Assembly: GCF_006345805.1 (NCBI RefSeq)
Contig: NC_043002.1
Span: 53,010,001 to 53,074,000, forward strand
From: Octopus sinensis
Lineage: Eukaryota
DNA: 64,000 nt
Direction: 5' to 3'
Below are positions 25,964 through 38,156 of this stretch, piece after piece; position 1 is the stretch's first letter, and every line of letters begins with the position of its first letter. The position numbers and the translations under genes were made by a program. The notes beneath the pieces were generated by a model. The model ran no database searches, had not been told where the DNA came from, and worked only from the letters and a program-made list of their open reading frames with translations.

Positions 25964-26560
25964 GCCACGAGTTGGATAGTGCTTCTCACGTACCACCAGA
26001 CCAGGGATCCTGGCTGGTTCAATTCGATTTCGATTTCGCTTGCCCCAACATGTCTTCACAAGCAAAGGGGGTTGGCAAGGGTGCCTGTCGTACGGTCGCA
26101 TTGGAGTATTTTACGTGCCACGGCCACGAGTCGGATAGTGCTTTACGTACCACCAGACCAGGGATACTGGCTGGTTCAATTCGATTTCGATTTCGCTTGC
26201 CCCAACATGTCTTCACAAGCAAAGGGGGTTGGCAAGGGTGCCTGTCGTACGGTCGCATTGGAGTATTTTACGTGCCACGGCCACGAGTCGGATAGTGCTT
26301 TACGTACCACCAGACCAGGGATCCTGGCTGGTTCAATTCGATTTCGATTTCGCTTGCCCCAACATGTCTTCACAAGCAAAGGGGGTTGGCATGGGTGCCT
26401 GTCGTACGGTCGCATTGGAGTATTTTACGTGCCACGGCCCCGAGTCGGATAGTGCTTTTACGTACCACCAGGCCAGGGATCCTGGCTGGTTCAATTCGGT
26501 TTCGATTTCGATTTCGATTTCGCTTGCCCCAACATGTCTTCGCAAGCATGGGGGGTTGGG
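25964..26560. repeat. 157-bp tandem repeat, about 3.8 near-identical copies, in the RTE 3' UTR
   Basis: GGCCACGAG/GGCCCCGAG recurs at about 25964, 26121, 26278 and 26435; the ORF track repeats the same peptide at a 157-bp offset. Confidence 0.95.
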
Positions 26561-26658
26561 ATGGGTGTCTGTCGTCGGATGAGGTTCTATATCGACTTCG
26601 CTTGCCTCAACCGGTCTTTGTGTCCAAGGGAGGAAAGGCATTCATAAGTGGGCTGGGC

Positions 26659-27398
26659 TCACTTGTCCTGCCTGGTCTTCTCACGTACAGAATATTTCCA
26701 AAGGTCTCGGTCTCTGGTCATTTCCTCAGTGAGGCCTAAAGTTCGAAGGTCGTGCTTCACCACCTCGTCCCAGGTTTTCCTGGGTCTACCTCTTCCACGG
26801 GTTCCCTCAACTGCTAGGGATTGGCACTTTCTCACACACCTATCTTCATCCATTCTCGCCACATGACCATACCAGCGCAATCGTCTCTCTTGCACACCAC
26901 AACTGATGCTTCTTAGGTACAACATTTCTCTCAAGGTGCTAACGCTCTGTCGAGTATGTACACTGACATTACACATCCATCGGAGCATACTGGCTTCATT
27001 CCTCACGAGCTTACGCATGTCCTCAGCAGTCACAGCCCATGTTTCGCTGCCATGTAGCATGGCTGTTCGTACACACGCATCATACAGTCTGCCTTTTACT
27101 CTGAGCGAGAGGCCTTTAGTCACCAGCAGAGGTAAGAGCTCCCTAAACTTTGCCCAGGCTATTCTTATTCTAGCAGTTACACTTTCAGCGCACCCACCCC
27201 CACTACTGACTTGGTCACCTAGATAACGGAAGCTATCAACTACTTCTAGTTTTTCCCCCTGGAAAGTGACGGAAGTTGTTTTCTGCAGATTTTCGGAGGT
27301 TAATGCTCCCGAGCATCTGCCACATACAAAAACTATCTTCCCAGTTAGCCTACCTTTGACATTGCTGCACCTCTTATGTGTCCATAGCTTACACTGGG

Positions 27399-27408
<10 letters not shown>
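26659..27408 (-). pseudogene. RTE reverse-transcriptase ORF C-terminal fragment (250 codons, no internal stop), with a PHD-like zinc finger
   Basis: FRYLG, YGSET-like HGSETW, RLRWYGHVARM and RGRGRPRKTW are typical RTE-clade motifs. The Met in the ORF track (27468) lies beyond the (TA)n and is not part of the element. Confidence 0.9.
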
Positions 27409-27449
<41 letters not shown>

Positions 27450-27453
<4 letters not shown>

Positions 27454-27956
27454 GAATAGGCTGGGCAAAGTTTAGAGAGCTCTTACCCCTGCTGGTGACA
27501 AAAGGCCTCTCGCTCAGAGTAAAAGGCAGACTGTATGATGCATGTGTACGTACAGCCATGCTACATGGTAGTGAAACATGGGCCGTGACTGCTGAGGATA
27601 TGCGTAAGCTCGCAAGAAATGAAGCCAGTATGCTCCGATGGATGTGTAATGTCAGTGTTCATAATCGTCAGAGTGTAAGTTCCTTGAGAGAAAAGCTGAA
27701 CCTAAGAAGCGTCAGTTGTGGCGTGCAAGAGAGACGGCTGCGCTGGTATGGTCATGTGACAAGAAAGGCTGAAGATAGTTGTGTGCAAAAGTGCTACACC
27801 CTAGCAGTGGAGGGAACCTGTGGAAGAGGTAGACCCAGGAAAACCTGGGACGAGGTGGTGAAGCACGACCTTCGAACTTTAGGTCTCACTAAGGAAATGT
27901 CTAGAGACCGAGACCTATGGAAGTATGCTGTGCATGAGAAGACCCGGCAAGACTAG
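27450..27956 (+). pseudogene. RTE RT ORF C-terminal fragment (169 codons including the stop)
   Basis: WAKFRELLPLL...HGSETW...RLRWYGHV...GRGRPRKTWDEVVKHDL, TAG at 27954-27956. Confidence 0.9.
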
Positions 27957-27984
27957 TCAGGCCATAACCCGTGGCCCCGACCTG

Positions 27985-29400
27985 GGACGTAGTCAGTCCT
28001 GTGCATACCTTCCTTCTTGTGACACTTATGAAGACCTGTTGAGGCAAGTGAAAATCAAATCAAATCAAAACAAATCAAAATAGATGAACATCAGTGGAAT
28101 TGTATTCTTTGTGGTACCAGTGCCGGTGGCACACAAGAAAACCACCCAAACGTGGCCGTAACCAGTACCGCATCGACTGGCCTCCGTGCTGTGGGCACAA
28201 CAAACACCATCCGATCGTGGCCGTTCGCCAGCCTCATCTGGCACCTGTGCCGGTGGCACATAAAGACACCATCCGAAGACCCGGCGACGTAGTCAGTCCA
28301 CCTGTGCATACCTTCCCTCTTATGACACTTGTGAAGACTGTTGAGGCAAGTGTGTGACACTTGTGAAGACCTGTTGAGGCAAGTGAAAATCAAACCAAAT
28401 CAAAATAGATGAATATCAATGGAATTTGTATCTTTGTGGTTCCAGTACCGGTGGCACACAAGAAAACCATCCGAAGTGGCCGTAGCTGGTACCGCATCGA
28501 CTGGCCTCCGTGCTGTGGGCACAACAAACACCATCTGATCGTGGCCGTTCGCCAGCCTCACCTGGCACCTGTGTCGGTGGCACATAAAAACACCATCCAA
28601 AGACCCGGCGACGTAGTCAGTCCACCTGTGCATACCTTCCCTCTTATGACACTTGTGAAGACCTGTTGAGGCAGAGGCAAGTGTGTGACACTTTGTGAAG
28701 ACCTGTTGAGGCAGAGGCAAGTGTGTGACACTTGTGGAGACCTGTTGAGCAAGTGTGTGACACGCGTGACACTTGTGAAGACCTGTTGAGGCAAGTGAAA
28801 ATCAAACCAAATCAAAATAGATGAACATCAATGGAATTTGTATCTTTGTGGTTCCAGTACCGGTGGCACACAAGAAAACCATCCGATCGTGGCCGTTCGC
28901 CAGCCACATCTGGCACCTGTGTCGGTGGCACATAAAGACACCATCCGAAGACCCGGCGACGTAGACAGTCCACCTGTGCATACCTTCCTTCTTGTGACAC
29001 TTGTGAAGACCTGTTGAGGCAAGTGACACTGTGAAGACCTGTTGAGGCAAGTGAAAATCAAATCAAATCAAAACAAATCAAAATAGATGAACATAAATGG
29101 AATTTGTATCTTTGTGGTACCAGTGCCGGTGGCACACAAGAAAATCATCCGAACGTGGCCGTAGCCAGTACCGCATAGACTGGCCTCCGTGCTTTGGGGA
29201 CGTAACAAACACCATCCGATCGTGGCCGTCCGCCAGCCTCATCTGGCACCTGTGTCGGTGGCACATAAAAACACCATCCGAGCGTGGCCGTCTGCCAGCC
29301 TCGTCTGGCACCTGTGTCGGTGGCACATAAAAACACCATCCGAGCGTGGCCGTTCGCCAGCCTCGTCTGGCACCTGTGTCGGTGGCACATAAAATCACCC
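27985..29400. repeat. Complex tandem array: four GAGGCAAGTGAAAATCAAA junctions (periods about 335, 412, 256 bp) with ~30-bp and 61-bp subrepeats
   Basis: Junctions at 28041, 28376, 28788 and 29044; GAAGACCTGTTGAGGC subrepeats at 28640-28790; three 61-bp units at about 29214, 29275 and 29336. Confidence 0.9.
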
Positions 29401-30049
29401 ACTACACTCTCGGAGTGGTTGGCGTTAGGAAGGGCATCCAGCTGTAGAAACACTGCCAGATCTGACTGGCCTGGTGCAGCCTTCGGGCTCCCCAGACCCC
29501 AGTTGAACCGTCCAACCCATGCTAGCATGGAAAACGGACGCTAAATGATGATGATGATGATGATGATGATAAATGTGTGTGTGTATGTAGAGTGAGAGAG
29601 ACGGAGGAGATAGAGGAGGAGGGAGAGGGAGACGGGGGGAAAGAGAGATAGTGTCTTGTATTAAGGAGGGAACACTAGGCCAAGCAAGTAGCCTTTTCAT
29701 GATCATTCAACCTGCAAAAATGACAGTCAAATCTCTCTCATATTACATACCGCCATCTCAAAAAAAAAGATCAGACACATTAAATGACATGGTCCTGGGA
29801 AAGAGATCAGATGGCCATACCTTTTTTCTTTTTTTTGGTGCTTTTAACCAGATATCTGCTTGATCAGAAATAGCCTCAGGTTACTCAGCAACACCCATTC
29901 ACATGCTTTCCTCATCAATCCACCCCATTCTCTCTTAAGATATAAATGAGTTAGCATTTCAAAATTGTCATTGATTTTGACCCAGATCTAAACAATGTTA
30001 ACTGAACTAAATAACACTACACTAGATCTTCTATTTTTTATTTTGTCCC

Positions 30050-30655
30050 AATCACTGGGCATGCTGGCTACAATCCAAACCATTAGTTGAACACCCCTGT
30101 ACTTATGTTCTTTGCTAAGTCTGGTATTTAGACTGTCTCTTTTTTTGCTGACTTATGAAGTTAGAGGGACATAAACAAACTAACACCAGTCGGCAAGTAG
30201 TGGGGATATGACAAATACAGACACAAAGACACACACACACACACACATCAACATTTATATCACTATCATTTAGGTGCAGACATGGCTGTGTGGTTCTGGG
30301 TTCAGTCCTGCTGTGACACCTTGGGCAAATGTCTTTTACTATAGTCTGGGGTTGACCAAAGCCTTTTGAGTAGATGTGGAAAGTGGAAACTAAAAGAAGC
30401 CCATCATTATATATACACATACATACATCTGTGTGTGTGTGTCTTTGTGTCAGTGTTTGTCCCCCAATCATTGCTTGACAACTGATGTTGGTGTGTTTAC
30501 ATCCCTGTAACTAAGTGGTTTAACAAAGAGACCGATAGAATAAGTACTAGGCTTAAAAATAGGTCCTGGGGTCAAATTATTTGACAAAAACACTTCAAGG
30601 CAGTGCTCCAGCATGCCCACAGTCAATTGATGGAAAGAAGTAAAAGAATAAAAGA
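30050..30655. mobile_element. Inverted SINE A pair (minus tail 30050-30245, plus near-full copy 30275-30655)
   Basis: The tail segment occurs in both orientations about 200 bp apart. Confidence 0.75.
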
Positions 30656-32102
30656 ATTTAGCATCTGTCTTCGATGCTGGCAAGGGTTGGATGAGCCATA
30701 GAGCTGCACTGTGCTCCACGTCAGCTTTGGTATGGTTTCTGTAACTGGACATCCTGCCTAACACCAAGCACTTTAATGTGTGCCCTGGGTGCTTTTTTGT
30801 TCACGCTGCCAGCATTAGTGAGGTTGCCAAGTAACTTGCAAGTCAATTAAGAACAAAAGGCTTCCACACAGTTTCCATCAACTAAATTCACTTACAAATC
30901 ATTGGTTGGCCCAAGGCAATGGTACGAAACACTTGCCCAAAGTGCTGTGCAGTGGAACTGAAGCAAAAATTATGTAGTCGCAAAGCAAAGTTCTGAACAA
31001 TGCCTGCATAATTGTTGTGCAGGACCTATGTATAATCATTCTATGCTATAGGAACTTCAGAACCAATTGAAATCTAAATAAATATTCAATCCAGTATTGT
31101 TACAGTCAAGGCACCCCTGTAACCAGACATCCTCCTCATAAAACACACACACACATACATACACTCTTCTGTCAATACTGAACTATAATATATGCCAAGA
31201 TTTTTTCCAATTATCAATCTCTAAACGATATTTTGACATGATTTTCAATCCACAATAATTTACAATAAATACAATTGATATGAGAGTTGTCTATTCAGTC
31301 AGAAATTTTTATGATTTTTAAAGTGTTTAATAAATTAAACAAACACAAAGAAAATGAAACAAAAAAAAAAACAAAAAAAAAACAAAGGAAAATCTAATCA
31401 CTGTCACTTCATCTTCAAGATATGTAGAACCACTTTGTAAAGTCAGCAACATTAGGCTTTTTCAATTTGTTTTTCCAATGGATGACAGCAACAGGTTCAA
31501 TTATGTAATTATTTATATTTATTTTCTAGGTGTTTGTTTGCAACTAAATGCAAACTAAGACTAGTTATATCCCTAATTAGGCCCACCTGCACTAAAACAG
31601 AATCTGAAGCAATCAGATGCATTAAAATTTATTTGCATCTATACATAGAGTATTATTATTATTATAAGTTGACATCTTTTAAGCAACATCATGTCAGCTA
31701 AAACAGACTGAATTATATTTCAACAACAGCAGCAGCAGCAACAACAACAACAACAACAACAACAATACTATTTTCACCAGCATCACAAAAATTGATAATG
31801 ATAAATTCTTACAAAGCCATAAGTTTTTCTATAAGAAATCATAAATAATATTTTCTTGCAGGAAATGAATCCAAATGTAAATCCAAATAACATGTGCACA
31901 TGTAATGCACAGACAACAAAATACTAAATCACTGCACATCTACATATAAAAAAAGAAAGTTTAATTAACAAGAGTCACTCTTTATTTACACTGAAAGCTA
32001 CCAGGTTAACAAAGCTACACTAAGTCTTTCTAAAGGGTAGAATGCTATGCATAATAGTATGAGAAAACCTCAGAATTCAATGGTTATTTCACATCACAAC
32101 TT

Positions 32103-32500
32103 TAATAATGATAATAATCCTTTCTATTATAGGTACAAAGCCTGAAATTTGGGAGAGAGGGATAGTCGATTTCATCGACCCCCCCCCCAATGCATAACTG
32201 GTACTTAATTCATCGACCCTGAGAGTATGAAAGGCAAAGTTGACCTCGGCGGAATTTGAACTCAGAACATAGCAACAGACGAAATACTGCTAAGCATTTC
32301 TCCTGGTGTGCTAATGGTTCTGCCAGCTTGCCGCCTTAATATTAATAATAATCATCAACTTCGAAAGGATGAAAGGCAAAGTTGACCTTAGCAGGATTTG
32401 AACTCAGAACATAAAGAATCACAAAAAAGGCCATTAATGATTTTGTCGGGAATGTCAACCCCAGCAAAATTTGAGCTTAGAATGTAAAGATGGACAAAAT
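32103..32500 (-). mobile_element. SINE B cluster: one full copy and two fragments
   Basis: 32103-32340 has the (AAT)n tail, body and head (CTTGCCGCCT); partial bodies at ~32355-32410 and ~32450-32500. Confidence 0.8.
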
Positions 32501-32565
32501 GCTGCTAATAATAATGAAAATTAAAATAATTGTTTCTGATTTATTTGCAAGGCCAGGTGCCTTAA

Positions 32566-32947
32566 TCTCTCTCTATATAAACGGCAGTTTGTCTGTGCGT
32601 TTTCTGTGTGTCTGTTTTCTCGTACCCTCACTCTGACCACGGCTTTCAACCGATTCTGATGAAACCTGACACACACATAGCCCAATGTCATAATTCAAAA
32701 CTAACGCAGCGAAAATTTTGAAAAGTTCCCCCAGTTCTGAAAAAAATCGATAAATTCGACATGGGGTCGAGAATCAGAAACCCAAACCACAGACCGTCAT
32801 GGGGACGCAACTCCACCTTTTTTAACTCAAAAAAAATTTACCATCATTTTTTTTCCATTTTTTTGCTATTTTTTGGCTATAACTCTCTAAAAATGCTTTA
32901 TAGTTATTTCCCTTACAAACCTGAGCAACGCCGGGCGATACTGCTAG
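32566..32947 (+). mobile_element. Non-autonomous Helitron
   Basis: 5' TC after A (32565), 3' CTAG before T (32948), subterminal hairpin region CCTGAGCAACGCCGGG; no target duplication. Confidence 0.8.
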
Positions 32948-33050
32948 TATCATATACACCAATCCTTGACTAGTCCTTTATCTATCCCAGAGGAATGAAT
33001 GGGATTTGAAATCAGAAAGTAAAGAGCCAGAACAAACTATTTTTCTTTGC

Positions 33051-33083
<33 letters not shown>

Positions 33084-33582
33084 TTTTTTTTTTTTTTTTT
33101 TTTTGCTTGATATTCTAACAATTCTCCCAGTTCACTACAAAAATTTGTAAAGTAATCATTTTGAAAATGTAATTCAAAGATGTCTTTGAAAAATGAAATA
33201 ATTGGTGTTCACTTTGATGTTGCCTGAAGGAAATGCTTTTTAAAACTGATCATTTTTTTTAACAGTTAGTGTTCAGCTCAGCCTTGAAGCCAAATGCAGT
33301 CACAGTGCTGCATACTTGCTAAATGCTTCATTAGACTGCGTTGCAAATTTCATATCTCATGTGCTTGGAAGAAGATAAGGGGTGGGGGTAGAAATCACCC
33401 AGTGTATCCTTTCAAAGGAAATCTATGTTTATTTGAATCTGTGCTCAATCACATCTGCCAAAATATGCCTTATAAATGCTCCAAATTTCATCAACGGCTG
33501 TAAAATGTCCAATATATGAACAAATTCAGATACTGCTAAAAGTTTATTAAATCCAAAGGGTGATATATTATTTAACATTATA

Positions 33583-33642
<60 letters not shown>

Positions 33643-33721
33643 ATAACCACATATTCAACAAAATAAATCAAACAACAGAGAATTAATCATCGCATGTGAT
33701 AGGAAGCAATGAAAATATCAA

Positions 33722-34020
33722 GATACACGTAAAAAGCACCATCCGAATGTGGCCGATGCTAGCGTCGCCTTGACTGGCTTCTGTGCCAGTGGCACGTAAA
33801 AAGCACCAACCAATTGTGGCCACTGCCAGCCTCACGTGGCACGGAAAAAGCACCCACTACACTCACGGAGTGGTTGGCGTTAGGAAGGGCATCCAGCTGT
33901 AGAAACACTGCCAGATCAGACTGGAGCCTGGTGCAGCCTCCTGGCTTCCCAGATCCCGGTCGAACCGTCCAACCCATGCTAGCACGGAAAACGGATGTTA
34001 AACGGTGATGATGATGATGA
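33722..34020 (+). mobile_element. RTE 3'-tail (C) module, young copy
   Basis: GGTTGGCGTTAGGAAGGGCATCCAGCTGTAG...CCAACCCATGCTAGCACGGAAAACGGATGTTAAACGGTGATGATG. Further C copies at about 1450-1600, 2320-2510, 24620-24750, 30660-30780, 35550-35730, 39190-39345, 46590-46870, 59770-59910, 60560-60840 and 63570-63720. Confidence 0.9.
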
Positions 34021-34864
34021 TATTGTGGGATATAAACAATATGGACCCACAACAGGGAAATGGCTGGTTGATACCAATATAACATTGCAATTTGATGCCT
34101 AATTTAAGTTGTATTCATATGATATTCCTATGCTAATACAATTCAGCATGGTCAACTGGTTAAATGGTTTGCTTGATAACCTCATGGCTCTGGGTTTGAC
34201 ACTACTGCCTGACAACCTTGAGCACTTGCCCAAGGTACCATGCAGTGAGGCCTGAACTCAGAACCAAGTGGCTGGGAAGCAAACTTCTTTCCACACAGCC
34301 ATGCCTGAACCTATTAGCATTTCTTTTTCTTTTTTTTTCTTTTTTGTTTTTTTTTGAGAGAGAGAGAGAGAAGACATTTTAACAGGTCTTTTTTGAATAT
34401 TCTTTTTTAATCAGTTTTCCTCACCTTGCATGATCTAGAAAATTGTTAGCCTGAATAATCAGGAACAGGTATTTTTCACAGCATGACCACTGTAATGATC
34501 AAAGAACCATCGAGTAGGAAATCTAGTATAAATTTGTTTCATTTTTTTTTTTGTTTTTTTTTTCCTTCACTTGTGCAAAACAGTGAGGTTGTTGAACTCC
34601 TGTGTATCAGTAACTGGCATGACTTTGTAACTATGACAACATGTCCTCTCATGGCTATTGTGTGGGCTACTCCAAACACTTTGAAAGTTTAGTCACAATA
34701 TCGAACACATGCATACAAACACATATTTACCCCCCCCCCCTTCTCTCTTTCATACACACTAAAAGGCAAGAACTATTTAAAAATAGGTTTACCACACAGA
34801 AGGTGCTAAATATCAATGTTGCATGACAAAAATCAAATCATCCTGATACATTACGCATGCAAGG

Positions 34865-35283
34865 CAATGTATTATACAAGGTGTTTCTTAGCTGCACTCT
34901 TTTCTTCTGCTTACCCCTCAAAATTAAGACAGGATGGTCAGAGTTGGAACATCTTTAATCATGTCGCTACCCAGTCAGGGGCTAATTTTACACCACGAGG
35001 CATGCAAAGCATCATAAGTATCTAAATTGAAACAACACAAGAATCAACATCTTAAAACTATGCAAGACACTGAGAGAACTTCTACATGGTCACTTGATCT
35101 GCTGTTACTAGCAGCTAAATCACTCAAAATTGCACTGTTAAAATCTCAGAAGAGGAGGTATGCATTATACAAGGTGTTTTTTGGATGCAACACTATTCTG
35201 CTCACTGCTCAAAACTTGAACAGGATAGTCAAAGTTGGAACATCTTTAATCATAACCCTGCTCAGTCAGGAGCTGACTTAAGC
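34865..35283. repeat. Diverged direct repeat (about 125 bp, period 293 bp)
   Basis: TTATACAAGGTGT...GTTGGAACATCTTTAATCAT...CAGTCAGG at 34872 and 35165. Confidence 0.7.
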
Positions 35284-36546
35284 CTAAACAACTTCAATAA
35301 CATTTATTGGTTTGCAATTTAAAAAACAAAAACAATATGAATGTAATCATGTCAATGTTATGTAATACTTAAATGACAATTTACATACAAACACATGGTT
35401 TTAGGTTCAATCCTACTGCAAGGCACTTTGTGCAAGTGTGTTTTTCTATAGTCCCAGGATGACCATAACCTGTGAGTGAATTTAGTAGAAGGAAACTGGA
35501 AGAAGCCTATTGTGCATATATATATATGTGTGTGTGTGTGTTTTGGAATGTTTTTATGACTGGATGCCCTTCCTAATGCCAATCACTCTACAGAGTGGAC
35601 TGAGTGCTATTTACATGACACCAGCACTGGTGAGGTGCCAAAACAGACAGTGTAGCCTGGTGCAGTCTTTTGGCTTACCAGTGCCTATCAAAGTGTCCAA
35701 CCCATGGAAAAAGGACAGTAAATGATGATGATAATATATAAAACCTCTGTGTGTGTGTGTGTGTGTGCATTTGTGTCTGCCTGTCTGTCTGTCTCTCCTC
35801 TCCTCTCCTTGTCTTGACACTAAGTGATCATTGTAAATGACCATCACTGTCATGCAAGTGATGTGGTTCATTTATATTCCATGGTGAAATATTATCTGGC
35901 TTAGAAACAAGTGAAGATTAGCAACAGGAAGAGCATCCAACTGTAGTTCTAGTTTTAAATTCCGTCGAGGTCGACTTTACCCACTCCCTCAGAGTTGATA
36001 AACTAAAATACAAGTTATGTACAAAGAGTTAACGCACTTGACTAGCCCCTCCTCTCAAAACTGCTGACCTTGTGTCGAAAATTGGATAGGATTATTATTG
36101 TTATTATATTCCATGGTGAAATATTATCTTGCTTGGAAACAAGTGAAGGTTGGCAATGGGAAGGGCATCCAACTGTAGAAAAATCTGCCACAATAATTTT
36201 TTTCTGACACATGCAAATATGGGTAAGTGCATGTTAAGTAATGATGATGCACAATATTATTCACAGACGTGTATATTAACATTCATTTCAAGGTGATGAT
36301 TAACTTGGATGCTATCTAGATTTTTCTTGCTTTATACTTTGAAGTTTGTTCATGTGACATTCATACCGTCAATGCACATCACAGAATATATTTTTGAGGC
36401 TTGAAATAATGAAAGATATAATTATTCATCTTTAAGTCTCAACAAATGTACAAAGTGAGAAACTAGGAGTAACAACAAAGGCGAATCATGAGTTTTGCAT
36501 AAAATAAAAATAAAAAAACAGTTACTGCCATTTTCACATTGAAATG

Positions 36547-36591
<45 letters not shown>

Positions 36592-38100
36592 GCGTGCGCA
36601 TGTGAGTGAATGTTTGTGTATGTGACATCACACTGCTCAAATAAATATATAAGCTCTACGATATGTTTTGAATGTCACTTTTCCCATGTTTGTAAACAAA
36701 AACACATATCTATGTATATTTATCAATCCCCACTCTGTCTGTCTGTCTGTCTCTCTCTCTCAGTATAGGTATGTATGTACGTATACATTAAACACATGCA
36801 CATATATACAAGTTGCATGACTATTGAGAAAGAGAAAAGACGTTGGTAAGATTACACTCATACTCACAGCATATGTGAGTATGAATGAAACTTTTCAATA
36901 CACAAGCTTGAGCGTGAGTGCGTGTGTGTGTGTGTGTGGTGTGTGTGTGTGTGTGTGTGAGCAAGTAGAGCAGAGTTTTTATGTGTGTCAAAATATGCAA
37001 ACAAAATATTACTTTCAGATAACTATAATGCATTTACTACAAGAAAAATGTCACTATTTTAAATCAGAAATTTACGCTGATTGGTTTAATGCACTAACAA
37101 CCCTGGCCCACCTTCAAAATTGATTGAAGAAACAGCTACTGACACACTTTTTTTTTCTTTTATTTGTTTGTTTTGATTTTTTTTTTTAACATACATTAAT
37201 AACTTCTATTTTTGACTTTTATTTTTTTATTTGATACAAAAATCACAGGAAGCCAAAAGAAAAAAATCTATATGGATTTAATTAGGATTATCCTAGAAAA
37301 CTGTATCTAACACTTTAAGTATATATTTCACAAATTAATAATAAATTAAGATCTTATTAAAATAATCACCTTTAGTCCGAGTGATTGAGTGACTGGCACA
37401 TAACATTTGAACCAATTTTACATCAGGTCTTTCTCTAGTCAGCTTTTCAGAAAGCAGCTGTTGCCATGTTGATATTCCAACAGGCATATCATTATCAATA
37501 TCAATCATCATCATCATCACTATTATTATGATTATTATTATTATCATCAGCAGTAACATCAATATATTTATTCACTTAGTCTTATTTCAATACGTATTTG
37601 TTTTACCAAGACAACACAGCAAACATAATGTGGTTTCCACAAAAATTATAAGATTTACATACCTAACGCATAATAGGATTACAACATTGATAAAGATGAA
37701 AGAAAAAACAAACACATTTAAAGATTTTTTGTTGTTGTTGTTGTTTGTTTGTTTTTAGTTTAAAACCAACTAAAGTGTATACCACAATTTAATTTCTATA
37801 CATACCATGCATGGAAACAAAATGGTTCGAAACTAGCAAGGTACCCTAAAATTTTTTCCAGTAGCTATAAATTATTTACTAAATGTTAAAGCCTTACTCA
37901 CTAACTAAATTTCTGGTGAACTATATTGCCTAAGTGTATGTATGGCAATTAATTCTAATAAAGAAGCTTGCTGTGTAACTATGTACTTCTGAATTCCATC
38001 CCACTGCATGCCACTTTGGGCAAGTGTCTTTCTTCTACTATAGCCCTAGGCTAACCAAAACCTTGTTAGTGGATTAGCAGATGGAAACTGAAACAAGTCC

Positions 38101-38156
<56 letters not shown>

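Larger units (their letters stand above)
25679..27408 (-). mobile_element. 5'-truncated RTE-clade LINE with VNTR-containing 3' UTR and (GAT)n tail
   Basis: Open RT C-terminal frame 27408-26659, then 3' UTR, 157-bp array, C module and (CAT)n at 25679-25695; flanked by (TA)n on both sides. Confidence 0.9.
27450..29570 (+). mobile_element. Second 5'-truncated RTE LINE (different subfamily) with tandem-amplified 3' UTR and (GAT)n tail
   Basis: Frame 27450-27956 homologous to the minus-strand copy; (AAATC)n tracts; C module 29400-29545; (GAT)n to 29570. Confidence 0.9.

Noticed and set aside
25849-26739. Several overlapping ORFs of 65-176 aa
   Set aside because: By-products of the stop-poor 157-bp repeat; open on both strands with no recognisable domain.
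25964-29400. Regular GC-rich arrays resembling CRISPR
   Set aside because: Units repeat in full with no unique spacers, no cas genes are present, and the arrays lie in LINE 3' UTRs in eukaryotic DNA.
25679-29570. Twin priming as the origin of the RTE inversion
   Set aside because: Both arms contain the same 3' region with separate tails and differ in sequence, so they come from two RNAs.
36858-36884. 11-bp perfect hairpin TCATACTCACA/TGTGAGTATGA
   Set aside because: Short and beside CA/TG-rich sequence; plausible by chance in 64 kb.
37335-37500. Protein-like minus frame PVGISTWQQLLSEKLTRERPDVKLVQMLCASHSITRTKG
   Set aside because: Starts in an (ATG/ATT)n repeat, lacks an acceptor with a pyrimidine tract, and the peptide is not recognised.
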